Below are positions 55,610 to 64,000 of a stretch of 64,000 nt of DNA, one piece after another. The DNA is from Verrucomicrobiia bacterium (lineage in GTDB: Bacteria > Verrucomicrobiota > Verrucomicrobiia > Palsa-1439): assembly GCA_035577545.1 (NCBI GenBank), contig DATLVI010000027.1, forward strand, positions 5,220-69,219, given 5' to 3'. Positions within the stretch are counted from its first letter, which is position 1. Each line of letters starts with the position of its first letter. The notes below the pieces were generated by a model. It searched no databases and was not told where the DNA came from. It was given only the letters and a program-made list of their open reading frames with translations. The translations under genes and the position numbers were made by a program.

Positions 55610-56767
55610 GTGCGCAAACATCAGAGACACGTTCTCCTTGTATTGGGATGGTATGATTACCGGCTGCAGCGGGGCGTTGAAAAGTACGCCCAAGAGCACG
55701 GCTGGCACATGTCGCCCGAGGTGACCAAGGAACGCGTCATCCCCTGGGGATGGAATGGAGACGGCATCCTTGCCTGGCTGGCGTCGGGTGATGACCTGGC
55801 AGAGTTCGTTGTCCGCGCCCGAAAACCGACGGTCGATTTCAGCTTCCGTCGGCCGCATCTGAAATTCGCCCGGGTCCTCTGTGATCACGTACAAGCGGCG
55901 CAACTCGCTGCCGAACACTTTCTTTCGCGCGGTTTCACGAATTTTGTCTATTACAGCGATTTCGACAACTGGTCCTTTGAGGAACGGGGCCAGGCATTTG
56001 TAGCCGTGTTGGGGCAGGCCGGGAAAAAGTGCGATTGGTTGCGGTGGCCTCAGCCATCCGCGTCCTCCCCGGCCAGTCGCTATCAAGAATGGAAGCGCAA
56101 ACGCAAATGGCTGGCCGCGGAGTTGCGCAGCCGGCCGAAACCCCTCGCTGTGTTCGCCCCGAGTGATTGGATGGCAGTGGATATCCTGGAGACCTGTGAG
56201 AGCATCGGACTATCAGTACCGGAACAGGTCGCCATCGTCGGGGCGGACAATTTGCTTCTCGCGGCGGACACCATGCGTACACCCATTTCCACCGTGGATC
56301 CCAACCTGGAATTCATGGGTTATCGGGGGGCTGCCCTGCTGGATGAGTTGATGAATGGCAAGCCGGCACCCAGGAAACCTATACGAGTGCCACCTGCGGG
56401 ATTGATCGTGCGCAAGAGCAGCGATCTGTTTGCGGTCGGCCACAAGGGCGTCGCCCGCAGCCTGCGCTTTATTTGGGAGCACCACCACGAACCCATACAC
56501 GTTGGCGATCTGGCCAGGGCCGCTGGTATGTCGGTGCGGGGACTTCAACAGGCGTTTGTCGAACACATTGGAAGGTCGCCCGCTCACGAACTGCATCGCG
56601 TTCGTATCGACCATGCGAAACAATTGCTTATCTCGTCCACCGCGAGGACGGAAGCCATTGCCGCTCTGTGCGGCTATCCAAACACGAACAGTTTTTGGGT
56701 CGCGTTCCGCAGGGATACCGGGATGTCGCCCGCCCACTATCGCAAAGAACTTGCCGTCCCTCGGTAG
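55610..56767 (+). CDS. XylR-type regulator (periplasmic-binding-protein-like sensor + AraC HTH)
   Basis: N-terminal sugar-binding-like fold and C-terminal AraC-type double HTH (HVGDLARAAGMSVRGLQQAF...GYPNTNSFWVAFRRDTGMSPAHYR). GTG start. Divergent from the MFS gene. Confidence 0.75.
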   Translation: MRKHQRHVLLVLGWYDYRLQRGVEKYAQEHGWHMSPEVTKERVIPWGWNGDGILAWLASGDDLAEFVVRARKPTVDFSFRRPHLKFARVLCDHVQAAQLAAEHFLSRGFTNFVYYSDFDNWSFEERGQAFVAVLGQAGKKCDWLRWPQPSASSPASRYQEWKRKRKWLAAELRSRPKPLAVFAPSDWMAVDILETCESIGLSVPEQVAIVGADNLLLAADTMRTPISTVDPNLEFMGYRGAALLDELMNGKPAPRKPIRVPPAGLIVRKSSDLFAVGHKGVARSLRFIWEHHHEPIHVGDLARAAGMSVRGLQQAFVEHIGRSPAHELHRVRIDHAKQLLISSTARTEAIAALCGYPNTNSFWVAFRRDTGMSPAHYRKELAVPR

Positions 56768-56978
56768 GTGCAAACGGGCGCAACTGCCTCGTGAATTCGC
56801 GGTCTGTTGGCGTCATTGAACCAACTCGGCGCTGCATAACCCTTCCCGCCAATGCGCGTTTTTCAATTATTTTTGCGGGTTAGCCAAATTGACCGGATAC
56901 CCGGCAATTGCTAGCCTCCGAGCCAGCGAGTAGAGACGGGTAGTGAGAACTTCTAAACCAATGGTGAGGAGAATTATC

Positions 56979-57809
56979 ATGAGTAGAGTCTTTCGAGTGG
57001 GCGCATTACTAACTTGCGCATTCGCATTATCCACGGCGTCCCGTGCGCAGTCGTTGTCGTGGTCGGCTTACGACACCAGTGGGAACCTGGTCAACGCCAA
57101 CGCTGGAACCGGTGGCGACCTGGTCGGGGGCAACACGGTGAGTTTTACGATCGGAACAGGCCAGTCATTGGCTTTTGTGACACAGAATTTCGTGCCGCTG
57201 GATCTGAGTGTGGCCGGCACAATCACGCAGGTATTCTATAATGTGTCAGCCCAAGGTTTGGGTACAGGCAATGGTGTCAATACCCGACCGATGGGCGTCG
57301 GTCTTTACAACACCGCAGGCACAGGCGGCGTGAGTGACGATGCTGGTTACTTCTCCCTGTGGAATGCGAACGGACCTTATCCCGAAATGTACACGCATAG
57401 CACCGCCAACGGCGCCAATCTCTTTCAGGGCACCCAACAGGGCCAGGGGACCATCAACACTGCCCCGTTGCAGGACTTCGTCACCTATGCCGGTCTGATT
57501 CGACTCCGAAACAGCAGTGGCAATATTGGTTTGGGTAACAACAGCCCTTCCTGGCCCTTCGCGGGTGCTGGTTGGACCGATTTCGGCAGTGTCACCAATA
57601 CTGCTTACATCAATCCGACGACACCTCCGGGTGGCTTTAAGACGTTCAATGAGTTCGCCATCTATTACAGCAACACCAGCGGCGCAGATGAGACCATCAA
57701 CCTGGACTCGATCACCCTGACTCCTGTGGCAGTGCCGGAGCCTTCCACAATTGCTTTCGTGGGAATGGGATTGCTGGGACTCATTTCGAGCCGTCGGCTT
57801 CGCAAGTAA
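56979..57809 (+). CDS. PEP-CTERM sorting-domain protein
   Basis: RBS GGTGAGGAG and a signal peptide. The C-terminus is VPEPSTIAFVGMGLLGLISSRRLRK. Confidence 0.8.
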   Translation: MSRVFRVGALLTCAFALSTASRAQSLSWSAYDTSGNLVNANAGTGGDLVGGNTVSFTIGTGQSLAFVTQNFVPLDLSVAGTITQVFYNVSAQGLGTGNGVNTRPMGVGLYNTAGTGGVSDDAGYFSLWNANGPYPEMYTHSTANGANLFQGTQQGQGTINTAPLQDFVTYAGLIRLRNSSGNIGLGNNSPSWPFAGAGWTDFGSVTNTAYINPTTPPGGFKTFNEFAIYYSNTSGADETINLDSITLTPVAVPEPSTIAFVGMGLLGLISSRRLRK

Positions 57810-57865
57810 GACGCGTGCTTGATTATTGGCGCTCACTGCTCATGCGAGGGTAAGCAGAAGATTGT

Positions 57866-57905
57866 GGCGGGGTCTGCCCGGGAGCAGGCCCCGCCGGTTA
57901 TTTAC
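57866..57905 (+). terminator. rho-independent-type terminator
   Basis: GGCGGGGTCTGC-CCGGGA-GCAGGCCCCGCC gives a 12-bp stem including one G-U pair. It is followed by GGTTATTTA. Confidence 0.6.
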
Positions 57906-57985
57906 GAAAGATGTCCCACGCAATCTCCTCTTATGGAGACTGGTGCAGCACGACCCGTAGTCGGGCGAGTGCGAAGGGAAAAGTC

Positions 57986-60900
57986 ATGGCCACGATGAAT
58001 CGCTTGCGAGTGATTACCCACCCTGTCCGTAGCAAACTGGTCGCAGTTCCCGGGACATGGCTGCTGGTTCTGGCCTTGCTTGCAGCCGCGGGCAACAGCC
58101 AGGCGGCCAATCCGACCTGGACCAATACTACCAGCGACGTCTGGCAAAGCCCCACCGCCTGGGATACCGCTCCGGCTTTTCCGGCCCCAGGCGACACAGT
58201 GAACTTCACGAACCCTGCCACCTATTCGGTGGCGCTCAATAGCGATGTTTCGGACCTGACTACCCTTTTCTTTGACAACACAGTAGGCACGCAAATCCTC
58301 ACGCTAAACCTGGGTACGAACTCCCTCACTGTGGTTGGCAACGGAACCAGCCCCGGTCCATTTTACGTGGGTGGACAGGCCGGTGGCGCCACGGCGATTG
58401 TTTACCTGGTTTCTTCCACCGGTGCCGGGAAAGGGTTGTTCGTGACGAATAGCAGCAACAACTCGAAGTTCGTCATCGGCCGCAACAATCCGGGCCGGTT
58501 GTTCGTTACGAACGGCAATGTGACGGCGAACAACCTTGCCCTGGGTAGCTCCACCGCAGGAATCGGCGTCCTCGTACTCAGCGGTTCCAATACCTTTTGG
58601 AGCAATAGCGGAAGCATTGGGATGGGTAACTCCTCCACCAGCTACGGTTGTACGCTGGTAGTATCGAATTCGGCTTCAATGACCTGTGGCGGAGCGTTCA
58701 AGCTTGGATTTGGCATCACGGCCAGTTCGGGAGTGGTTCTCTTGGACAGCGGCGGCCGGCTGTTCACGACCGCTGCGGGCACGGCCGTTGGTGGCACCCC
58801 GGTTTCAACGAACAACACGGCGACGATCCAGGGTGGCAGCGTCTGGGACAACGGCGGTAAAGATTTCACGGTCGGTTCCGCGACGTTTGCCACGAACAAT
58901 ACCCTGGTGATCGGGACTGGTTCATCGGTCAGCAACAACAGTGTCGTGGTCATCAGCGCGGGGAACTCACTGAACCTGCAGGGCGGCGTCCTCCAGACCT
59001 CGGGAACCGTCACGAATTCGGGTACGATCAAAGGTTTTGGCAGCATCGCGGGGAACACCATAGTCCCCAGCGGTGGACTACTGGCCCCTGGCAATGGCAC
59101 GGCGGTAGGACAGATCGCCTTTTCCAACAACCTGACGCTTGCCAGTGGGTCGAAGACACTCCTCAAGCTCGATAAGAGCCAGGGCGCAAGCAATGATTCC
59201 GTGAGTTTCTTCGGCACTACGACTTATGGCGGGACATTGACGGTGACCAACGTCGGTCCGACACTGACCGGCGGCGATACCTTCCAGGTTTTTGCCGCGG
59301 GCGCTTTCGCGACCGACTTTGCGATTACCAACCTCCCGCCGCTGAGTCCCTCGGTCAGTTGGGATACCTCGCAGATGCATTCCCAGGGCGTCATCTCCGT
59401 GGTGTTCCTGCCCGTGCCGCCGGGGATCGTGAACCTGACGAACCAAGCGGTGAACATCGGCGCAAGCGTCACGATTAGCGCGACGGTTACGGGCATCCCC
59501 ACGCCTACGCTGCAATGGCAGGAGAACGGGACGAATATCGCCAACACATCGTCCACAGTCTCCATCCCCAACGCGCAAACCGGTGACAGCGGGACCTACT
59601 GCCTGATCGCCAGTAACGTCGCCGGCGTCGTGACCAACTGCATGACCCTGACCGTATCGTCGAACGATGTTCCACCGACGATTACCGGTCCGACGGACCA
59701 ATCGGTCATCCTCGGTCACACGGGCACGTTCAGCGCTGCCGTCAGCGGCATTCCGACGCCGACGGTACAGTGGTTGGAGAACGGGACGAACATTGTTGGC
59801 GCAACAAGCAACCCGCTGGTGTTGACGAATGTGCAGTATTCGCAAAATGGATTCCTGTATTCCGTGGTCGCAAGCAACAGGGCCGGGGTAGCCACGAGTA
59901 GCAACGCAACTTTGTTCGTTCTCTTGCCGCCGACGATTTCCGCGCAACCACAAAACACGGTCGCGACAAATCTGCAAAGCGCATCTTTGTCCGTCACGGC
60001 CAGTGGAGTGCCTGCCCCGATTTATCAGTGGTACAAGAACAGCATTATCATCTCGAGCGTCGGCAATCCCACGGCTACAAACGCCACATTTACCATCGGC
60101 TCGGTCGCGCCGACTGATGCCGGCACATATTCCGTCGTGGTTTCCAATGTCGCGGGGGTGGCGACCAGCAGCAATGCGACACTAACCGTCTATTCCCCGA
60201 TGGCTGCCACCACGCAGCCGACCAATGGCTCGACGGGCATCTGCTATGACACGCCGCTCTACCTGAATTTTACCCAGTTACCGGTACTCAAGAAGGTCGG
60301 CCAGATTCGCATTTACAACATGACCAACAGCGTCACGCCAGTGGACACCATCGATCTGACAGCAAACTTTGATAACCCCAACGTCGCCAACAGCGCGACG
60401 AACATCGCGCAGAATATTCAGGCGCGCGCCATTGCTGGTGATACCTTCAACACATTCCCGGTCATTATCACGGGTAACACCGCGGCGATCTACCCACATC
60501 TGGATGTGCTGAATCCGAACCAGACGTACTATGTCACGGTGGATGCCGGCTGCTTCACCGACACCAATGGCGCCAATTATGCCGGCATCAGCGGCACCAA
60601 CGCGTGGCGATTCTCCACCAAGCCGACCGGCCCGGCCAATCCGACCAATCTGGTAGTGGCTGCCGATAACAGCGGGGACTTCCTCACAGTACAAGGCGCG
60701 GTGGACTCGCTGCCCGCCAACAATACCACGCATACGCTGATCAACATTCGCAACGGCACTTACCGCGAAATCGTCAACGTGCATTCAAAAAACAACATTA
60801 CCTTCCGCGGCCAAAGTCGCCTGGGCACCCTCGTTGGCTACCCCAACAACGCCAACGTGGCCCCTGGCGCTACCACCCATCTCCGCATGGCGTTCAAGGT

Positions 60901-62422
60901 GAACGCCAACGACATTGCGCTGGAGAATCTCAACCTCGTCAACATGACTCCCAAAGGCGGTTCGCAAGCAGAGGCGCTGATGCTCGAAACCGCGATCAGG
61001 CGCTTCATTTTCTTCAATTGCGAAGTGGACAGTTTCCAGGACACGATCCTCGGCAACACCAGCGGCACCCAGGCTTATTTCCAGGATAACCTGATCCAAG
61101 GCGACGTAGACTACATCTGGGGCGGCATGAACGCGTTCTTCACCAATTGCGAGTTGCGAACACGAACGTCTCCGGCCAATCTCATCCAGCCGCGGACCGA
61201 CGCGACCAGCAACGGCATGTCTTTCGTGAACTGCCAACTGACGAGGACCAGTAACACCGTCACCAGCATCGGACTGGCCCGGGCACTCGGCTTTGGGGAT
61301 GGGAATGTAATTTATGCCAACTGTCAGATTGACGCCAGTGGATTTGCCGGTTGGAACGCGCAGGATCTCATCGACAATCCGAATCTTCGTTGGTGGGAAT
61401 ACAACAATAGCAACCTGACCAGCACCGCGTCGGTTACTTTCAACGGCACGCAGTTGACCAACGGTGACCCACGGGTGACGCTTGCCTTGAGCGCCACGAA
61501 CTGGCTGTACGGGTGGGTGCCACAATTGGCCCCCAACATTACGAACCAGCCTGTTTCGCTCGTCGTGACCACCGGTCAGGCCGCGGCCTTCAGCGTGGGT
61601 GCCACCGGTATTCCTTATCCGGCCTATCAATGGCTCAAGGCCGGCACCAACCTGGTCACCGCTACGAGCGCCACGCTGTCCTTTGCGAACGCCCAGGCCG
61701 GCGATGCAGGAACCTATTCCGTGATCGTGTCGAATGTCGCCGGCACACTCGCCAGCACAAATGTAACGCTGATCGTCATAGGGCCGCCAACAGCAAGCTT
61801 TACCGCCAGTCCGACCAATGGCGTGGAACCGTTGGTGGTGACCTTCACAGACACTTCCAGCGGGTCGCCGCTCAGCATATCGTGGAATCTGGGCGACAGT
61901 ACCTCCACCAACACGGGCGGTGGCGCGAGCTTTGGGCATGCCTACACGGCCGGCGTCTATACCGTGACGTTGATCGCGAGCAACACGGCGGGACTCGGCA
62001 GTGTGACACAGTCGAATTTGATTACGGTGATCACAGCCTTCCAGTCGTGGCAACAACAATACTTCGGGTGTACGAACTGCCCGCAGGCTGCCGCTTCCGC
62101 TGATCCGGACGGTGACGGCCAGAACAACCAGGCTGAGTTCCTCGCGGGGACGGACCCCACCAACGGCGCTTCCGGTTTCCGTATCCTCTCGACAGTCCGC
62201 CAAGGGAACGACATTGCGATCATTTGGACGGCCGCTGGCGGGCGAACCAACGCTGTGCAGGCGACGACCGGCGGTGTCGGCGGAAGCTACGCCACCAACT
62301 TCGCCGACGTCAGTGGGCCGGTCGTTCTGCCGGGTAGCGGAAGTGTGACGACCAACTATGTCGATAGCGGTGGGGCCAGCAATGGCCCCGTCCGTTACTA
62401 CCGCGTGCGGCTGGTGCCATAG
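57986..62422 (+). CDS. 1478-aa surface protein: autotransporter-associated beta-strand repeats + Ig-like (I-set) x5-6 + CE8 pectin-methylesterase-like domain + PKD + TSP3 repeat + FYRV tail
   Basis: Signal peptide ...AAGNSQAANPTW. Ig repeats (PTLQWQENGTNI...GDSGTYCLIASNVAGV). CE8 motifs GTYRE, GSQAEAL, FQDTILG and DYIWGG. PKD (FTASPTNGVEPLVVTFTDTS...). DPDGDGQNNQAEFLAGTDP. Ends VRYYRVRLVP. Confidence 0.8.
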   Translation: MATMNRLRVITHPVRSKLVAVPGTWLLVLALLAAAGNSQAANPTWTNTTSDVWQSPTAWDTAPAFPAPGDTVNFTNPATYSVALNSDVSDLTTLFFDNTVGTQILTLNLGTNSLTVVGNGTSPGPFYVGGQAGGATAIVYLVSSTGAGKGLFVTNSSNNSKFVIGRNNPGRLFVTNGNVTANNLALGSSTAGIGVLVLSGSNTFWSNSGSIGMGNSSTSYGCTLVVSNSASMTCGGAFKLGFGITASSGVVLLDSGGRLFTTAAGTAVGGTPVSTNNTATIQGGSVWDNGGKDFTVGSATFATNNTLVIGTGSSVSNNSVVVISAGNSLNLQGGVLQTSGTVTNSGTIKGFGSIAGNTIVPSGGLLAPGNGTAVGQIAFSNNLTLASGSKTLLKLDKSQGASNDSVSFFGTTTYGGTLTVTNVGPTLTGGDTFQVFAAGAFATDFAITNLPPLSPSVSWDTSQMHSQGVISVVFLPVPPGIVNLTNQAVNIGASVTISATVTGIPTPTLQWQENGTNIANTSSTVSIPNAQTGDSGTYCLIASNVAGVVTNCMTLTVSSNDVPPTITGPTDQSVILGHTGTFSAAVSGIPTPTVQWLENGTNIVGATSNPLVLTNVQYSQNGFLYSVVASNRAGVATSSNATLFVLLPPTISAQPQNTVATNLQSASLSVTASGVPAPIYQWYKNSIIISSVGNPTATNATFTIGSVAPTDAGTYSVVVSNVAGVATSSNATLTVYSPMAATTQPTNGSTGICYDTPLYLNFTQLPVLKKVGQIRIYNMTNSVTPVDTIDLTANFDNPNVANSATNIAQNIQARAIAGDTFNTFPVIITGNTAAIYPHLDVLNPNQTYYVTVDAGCFTDTNGANYAGISGTNAWRFSTKPTGPANPTNLVVAADNSGDFLTVQGAVDSLPANNTTHTLINIRNGTYREIVNVHSKNNITFRGQSRLGTLVGYPNNANVAPGATTHLRMAFKVNANDIALENLNLVNMTPKGGSQAEALMLETAIRRFIFFNCEVDSFQDTILGNTSGTQAYFQDNLIQGDVDYIWGGMNAFFTNCELRTRTSPANLIQPRTDATSNGMSFVNCQLTRTSNTVTSIGLARALGFGDGNVIYANCQIDASGFAGWNAQDLIDNPNLRWWEYNNSNLTSTASVTFNGTQLTNGDPRVTLALSATNWLYGWVPQLAPNITNQPVSLVVTTGQAAAFSVGATGIPYPAYQWLKAGTNLVTATSATLSFANAQAGDAGTYSVIVSNVAGTLASTNVTLIVIGPPTASFTASPTNGVEPLVVTFTDTSSGSPLSISWNLGDSTSTNTGGGASFGHAYTAGVYTVTLIASNTAGLGSVTQSNLITVITAFQSWQQQYFGCTNCPQAAASADPDGDGQNNQAEFLAGTDPTNGASGFRILSTVRQGNDIAIIWTAAGGRTNAVQATTGGVGGSYATNFADVSGPVVLPGSGSVTTNYVDSGGASNGPVRYYRVRLVP

Positions 62423-62437
62423 GCACTTGCGGATACA

Positions 62438-62458
62438 GCAGGGGACGCACATCCCTGC
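62438..62458 (+). terminator. possible hairpin terminator
   Basis: GCAGGGG-ACGCACA-TCCCTGC lies 16 nt after the stop codon. The T-tract is weak. Confidence 0.35.
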
Positions 62459-62901
62459 CTGTTCTCATCCTATCAATTCAGGTGGTTTTACGAGACTTGG
62501 AGGCGTCCCGTTTTCCCGATTTCCCAAGGAAGAGCCCTGACTTAGCCTCTGACAACTCGTCCAGGGGACCGATGGCAGTGCCAAGAGATTTGCCACGGCG
62601 TCAACATAGTTTCCACTTGGCTTGGTGATCTTCTTCGTTCGTATCTAGTGGGTCCGACGAAAGTGCCTCTCCTGCAGTCGGTAGCGACTTGTAAAAACCT
62701 CAAATACATTTGTTGGCACGATCAAGGCTAAAGGGTATCGCTGGAGAATTCAGTTGGGGGGCCAGCCATAGGGGCTCAGTTGTTTTTCGTAGGACTGAAG
62801 GGAATGATTCGACCGCTTTTGCGGCTCCTCTGGATGGGAGCATGAAATGGAAAGTCAGTCGGCCCGAATTGCGCCATGACGCGCAGGAAGGCAAGATACA
62901 A

Positions 62902-64000
62902 ATGAACACGTGTCGTAACACCAATGAACTCAAACAAACCCGCCGGAGTGGTAGCGCCAGCGGCCGCCAGATTCACAAGCTGTTGTTGCTCGGTATCGTC
63001 AATCTCCTTGTAGGGATTAACGTCTGGGCGCAAGGCGCCCCGCCGACAACGACAACCGTGTCCGCCATGGGTATAGGCGCAAATAGTGCGGCGGTGTACG
63101 GTAGTGTCAACCCGAACGGGCTGGCGACCGCAGTGCATTTTCAATATGGCACTACCACAGCTTACGGCAGCACGACCGTGTCCCAACAAGCCGGCAGCGG
63201 GACGACGACAGTCACCCTCACGGCCAGCCTGAGTTCGCTCACGGCCTCGACGACTTATCACTATCGGTTTGTGGCCAGCAACAGCTTGGGAACCAGCTAC
63301 GGCGCGGACAAGACATTCACCACCACCAGCGCCAGCGGCGGCGCGCCGCCGACCGCGACAACGATGGTGGCCAGCGGCATCTCCAGCACCAGCGTCACCG
63401 ACAACGGTACGGCCGACCCGAACGGCCTGGCCACCACGACGTACTTCCAATGGGGGACAACCACCAGTTACGGCAACACGACGACATCACAATCCGCTGG
63501 CAGTGGAACAACGGCAGTCGGTGTGTCTGCCAGCCTGGGGTCACTCAGCCCATCCACCACCTATCACTACCGGCTAGTGGCCAGCAACAGCTTGGGCATC
63601 AGCTACGGCGCGGACGTGTCTTTCACCACCAGTGCCAGCGGGGCCCTACCAACGGCCACGACCGCCCCGGCCAGCAACATCAGTTCCACTTCGGCCACAC
63701 CGAACGGCAGTGTTAACCCGAACGGGCTGACGACCACGGTGTACTTCCAATTCGGCACCACGACGGCCTACGGCAGCACGACCGCACCAAAATCCGTTGG
63801 CAGCGGAACAATTGCCATCGGCGTGTCGGATCTTTTCGCCAGGTTGACGTCTTCGACGACTTACCATTATCGGTTGGTAGCCAGCAATAGTCGGGGCACC
63901 AGCTACGGCGCAGACGTGGCGTTTACCACGAGCGCCGGCGGCACAACACCGACGATCGCCACAGCCTCACCCTTGCCGGCGGCGACGGTGGGTGTGGCGT
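62902..64000 (+). CDS. secreted tandem-repeat (FN3-like ~100-aa units) protein, 3' end outside window
   Basis: My own translation of the frame starting at ATG 62902 is open to base 64000. This frame is not in the supplied ORF track because no stop is reached. Signal-like LLLLGIVNLLVGINVWAQG is followed by repeats ...NPNGL.T..YFQ.GTTT.YG..T......G.G.......L..L...TTYHYR.VASNS.G.SYGAD..FTT. Confidence 0.7.
   Translation, partial: MNTCRNTNELKQTRRSGSASGRQIHKLLLLGIVNLLVGINVWAQGAPPTTTTVSAMGIGANSAAVYGSVNPNGLATAVHFQYGTTTAYGSTTVSQQAGSGTTTVTLTASLSSLTASTTYHYRFVASNSLGTSYGADKTFTTTSASGGAPPTATTMVASGISSTSVTDNGTADPNGLATTTYFQWGTTTSYGNTTTSQSAGSGTTAVGVSASLGSLSPSTTYHYRLVASNSLGISYGADVSFTTSASGALPTATTAPASNISSTSATPNGSVNPNGLTTTVYFQFGTTTAYGSTTAPKSVGSGTIAIGVSDLFARLTSSTTYHYRLVASNSRGTSYGADVAFTTSAGGTTPTIATASPLPAATVGVA
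63044..64000 (+). repeat. in-frame tandem DNA repeat, period ~300-306 bp, at least 3.2 copies
   Basis: The landmark CCGAACGG(G/C)CTG recurs at 63112, 63418 and 63718. Long identical stretches recur, such as ACTTATCACTATCGG / ACCTATCACTACCGG / ACTTACCATTATCGG followed by GTGGCCAGCAACAGCTTGGG. Confidence 0.8.

Noticed and set aside
60785-62452. 555-aa minus-strand ORF
   Set aside because: It lies antisense inside the 1478-aa surface-protein gene. The composition is Arg/Gly-rich, and there is no start context or recognisable domain.
62776-63450. 224-aa minus-strand ORF
   Set aside because: It is antisense to the tandem-repeat gene. Its product is Arg/Gly/Ala-rich, whereas the plus frame gives a signal peptide and clean repeats.
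1-64000. CRISPR arrays, IS elements/transposases, integrases, prophage or known defence-system genes
   Set aside because: I looked for regularly spaced direct repeats, DDE, tyrosine or serine recombinase motifs, and nuclease/ATPase defence signatures in both strands. None was recognised.

Overview
GC-rich bacterial chromosomal window. Gene content suggests Verrucomicrobiota/PVC: three PEP-CTERM-tailed proteins, a prepilin-type H-X9-DG protein, autotransporter-associated beta-strand repeats and many secreted CBM-like proteins. All calls were made by eye from the ORF translations and the DNA; no searches were run. Layout: (1) 0-14.3 kb is a glycan-utilisation locus with GH2, a 1136-aa cytoplasmic GH94-like candidate, GH30, an ABC importer with a lipoprotein binding protein, and a clan GH-A-like lipoprotein. 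(2) 14.3-26.4 kb holds secreted CBM-like, PEP-CTERM and FYRV-tailed proteins plus a LacI-family regulator. An exactly repeated 14-bp palindrome and a duplicated two-operator promoter tie this block to block 1. (3) 26.5-29.3 kb has a DnaJ-class/MerR-like pair and a secreted protein. (4) 29.3-33 kb is a tight operon of a cytoplasmic DsbA-like protein, a REC/TrxR-like fusion lacking any CxxC, and a cNMP-domain histidine kinase. (5) 33-40 kb is mixed: VOC, REC with a Cys-rich tail, sigma factor, RlpA, GH130 plus a GT4 fusion, and an OMP. (6) 40.4-54 kb is a duplicated signalling island with two HisKA_3 kinases, two NarL-type regulators, three small secreted beta-rich proteins, three tandem-ACT proteins and one CBS protein. 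It carries a recurrent TAGGAR-N3-YTCCTA palindrome at fixed distance from start codons and an 11-G tract at a kinase/regulator junction. (7) 54-64 kb has an MFS transporter with an AraC/XylR regulator, a PEP-CTERM protein, a 1478-aa CE8/Ig/PKD surface protein and a tandem-repeat protein running off the window. I recognised no rRNA, tRNA, CRISPR array, transposase or phage gene.
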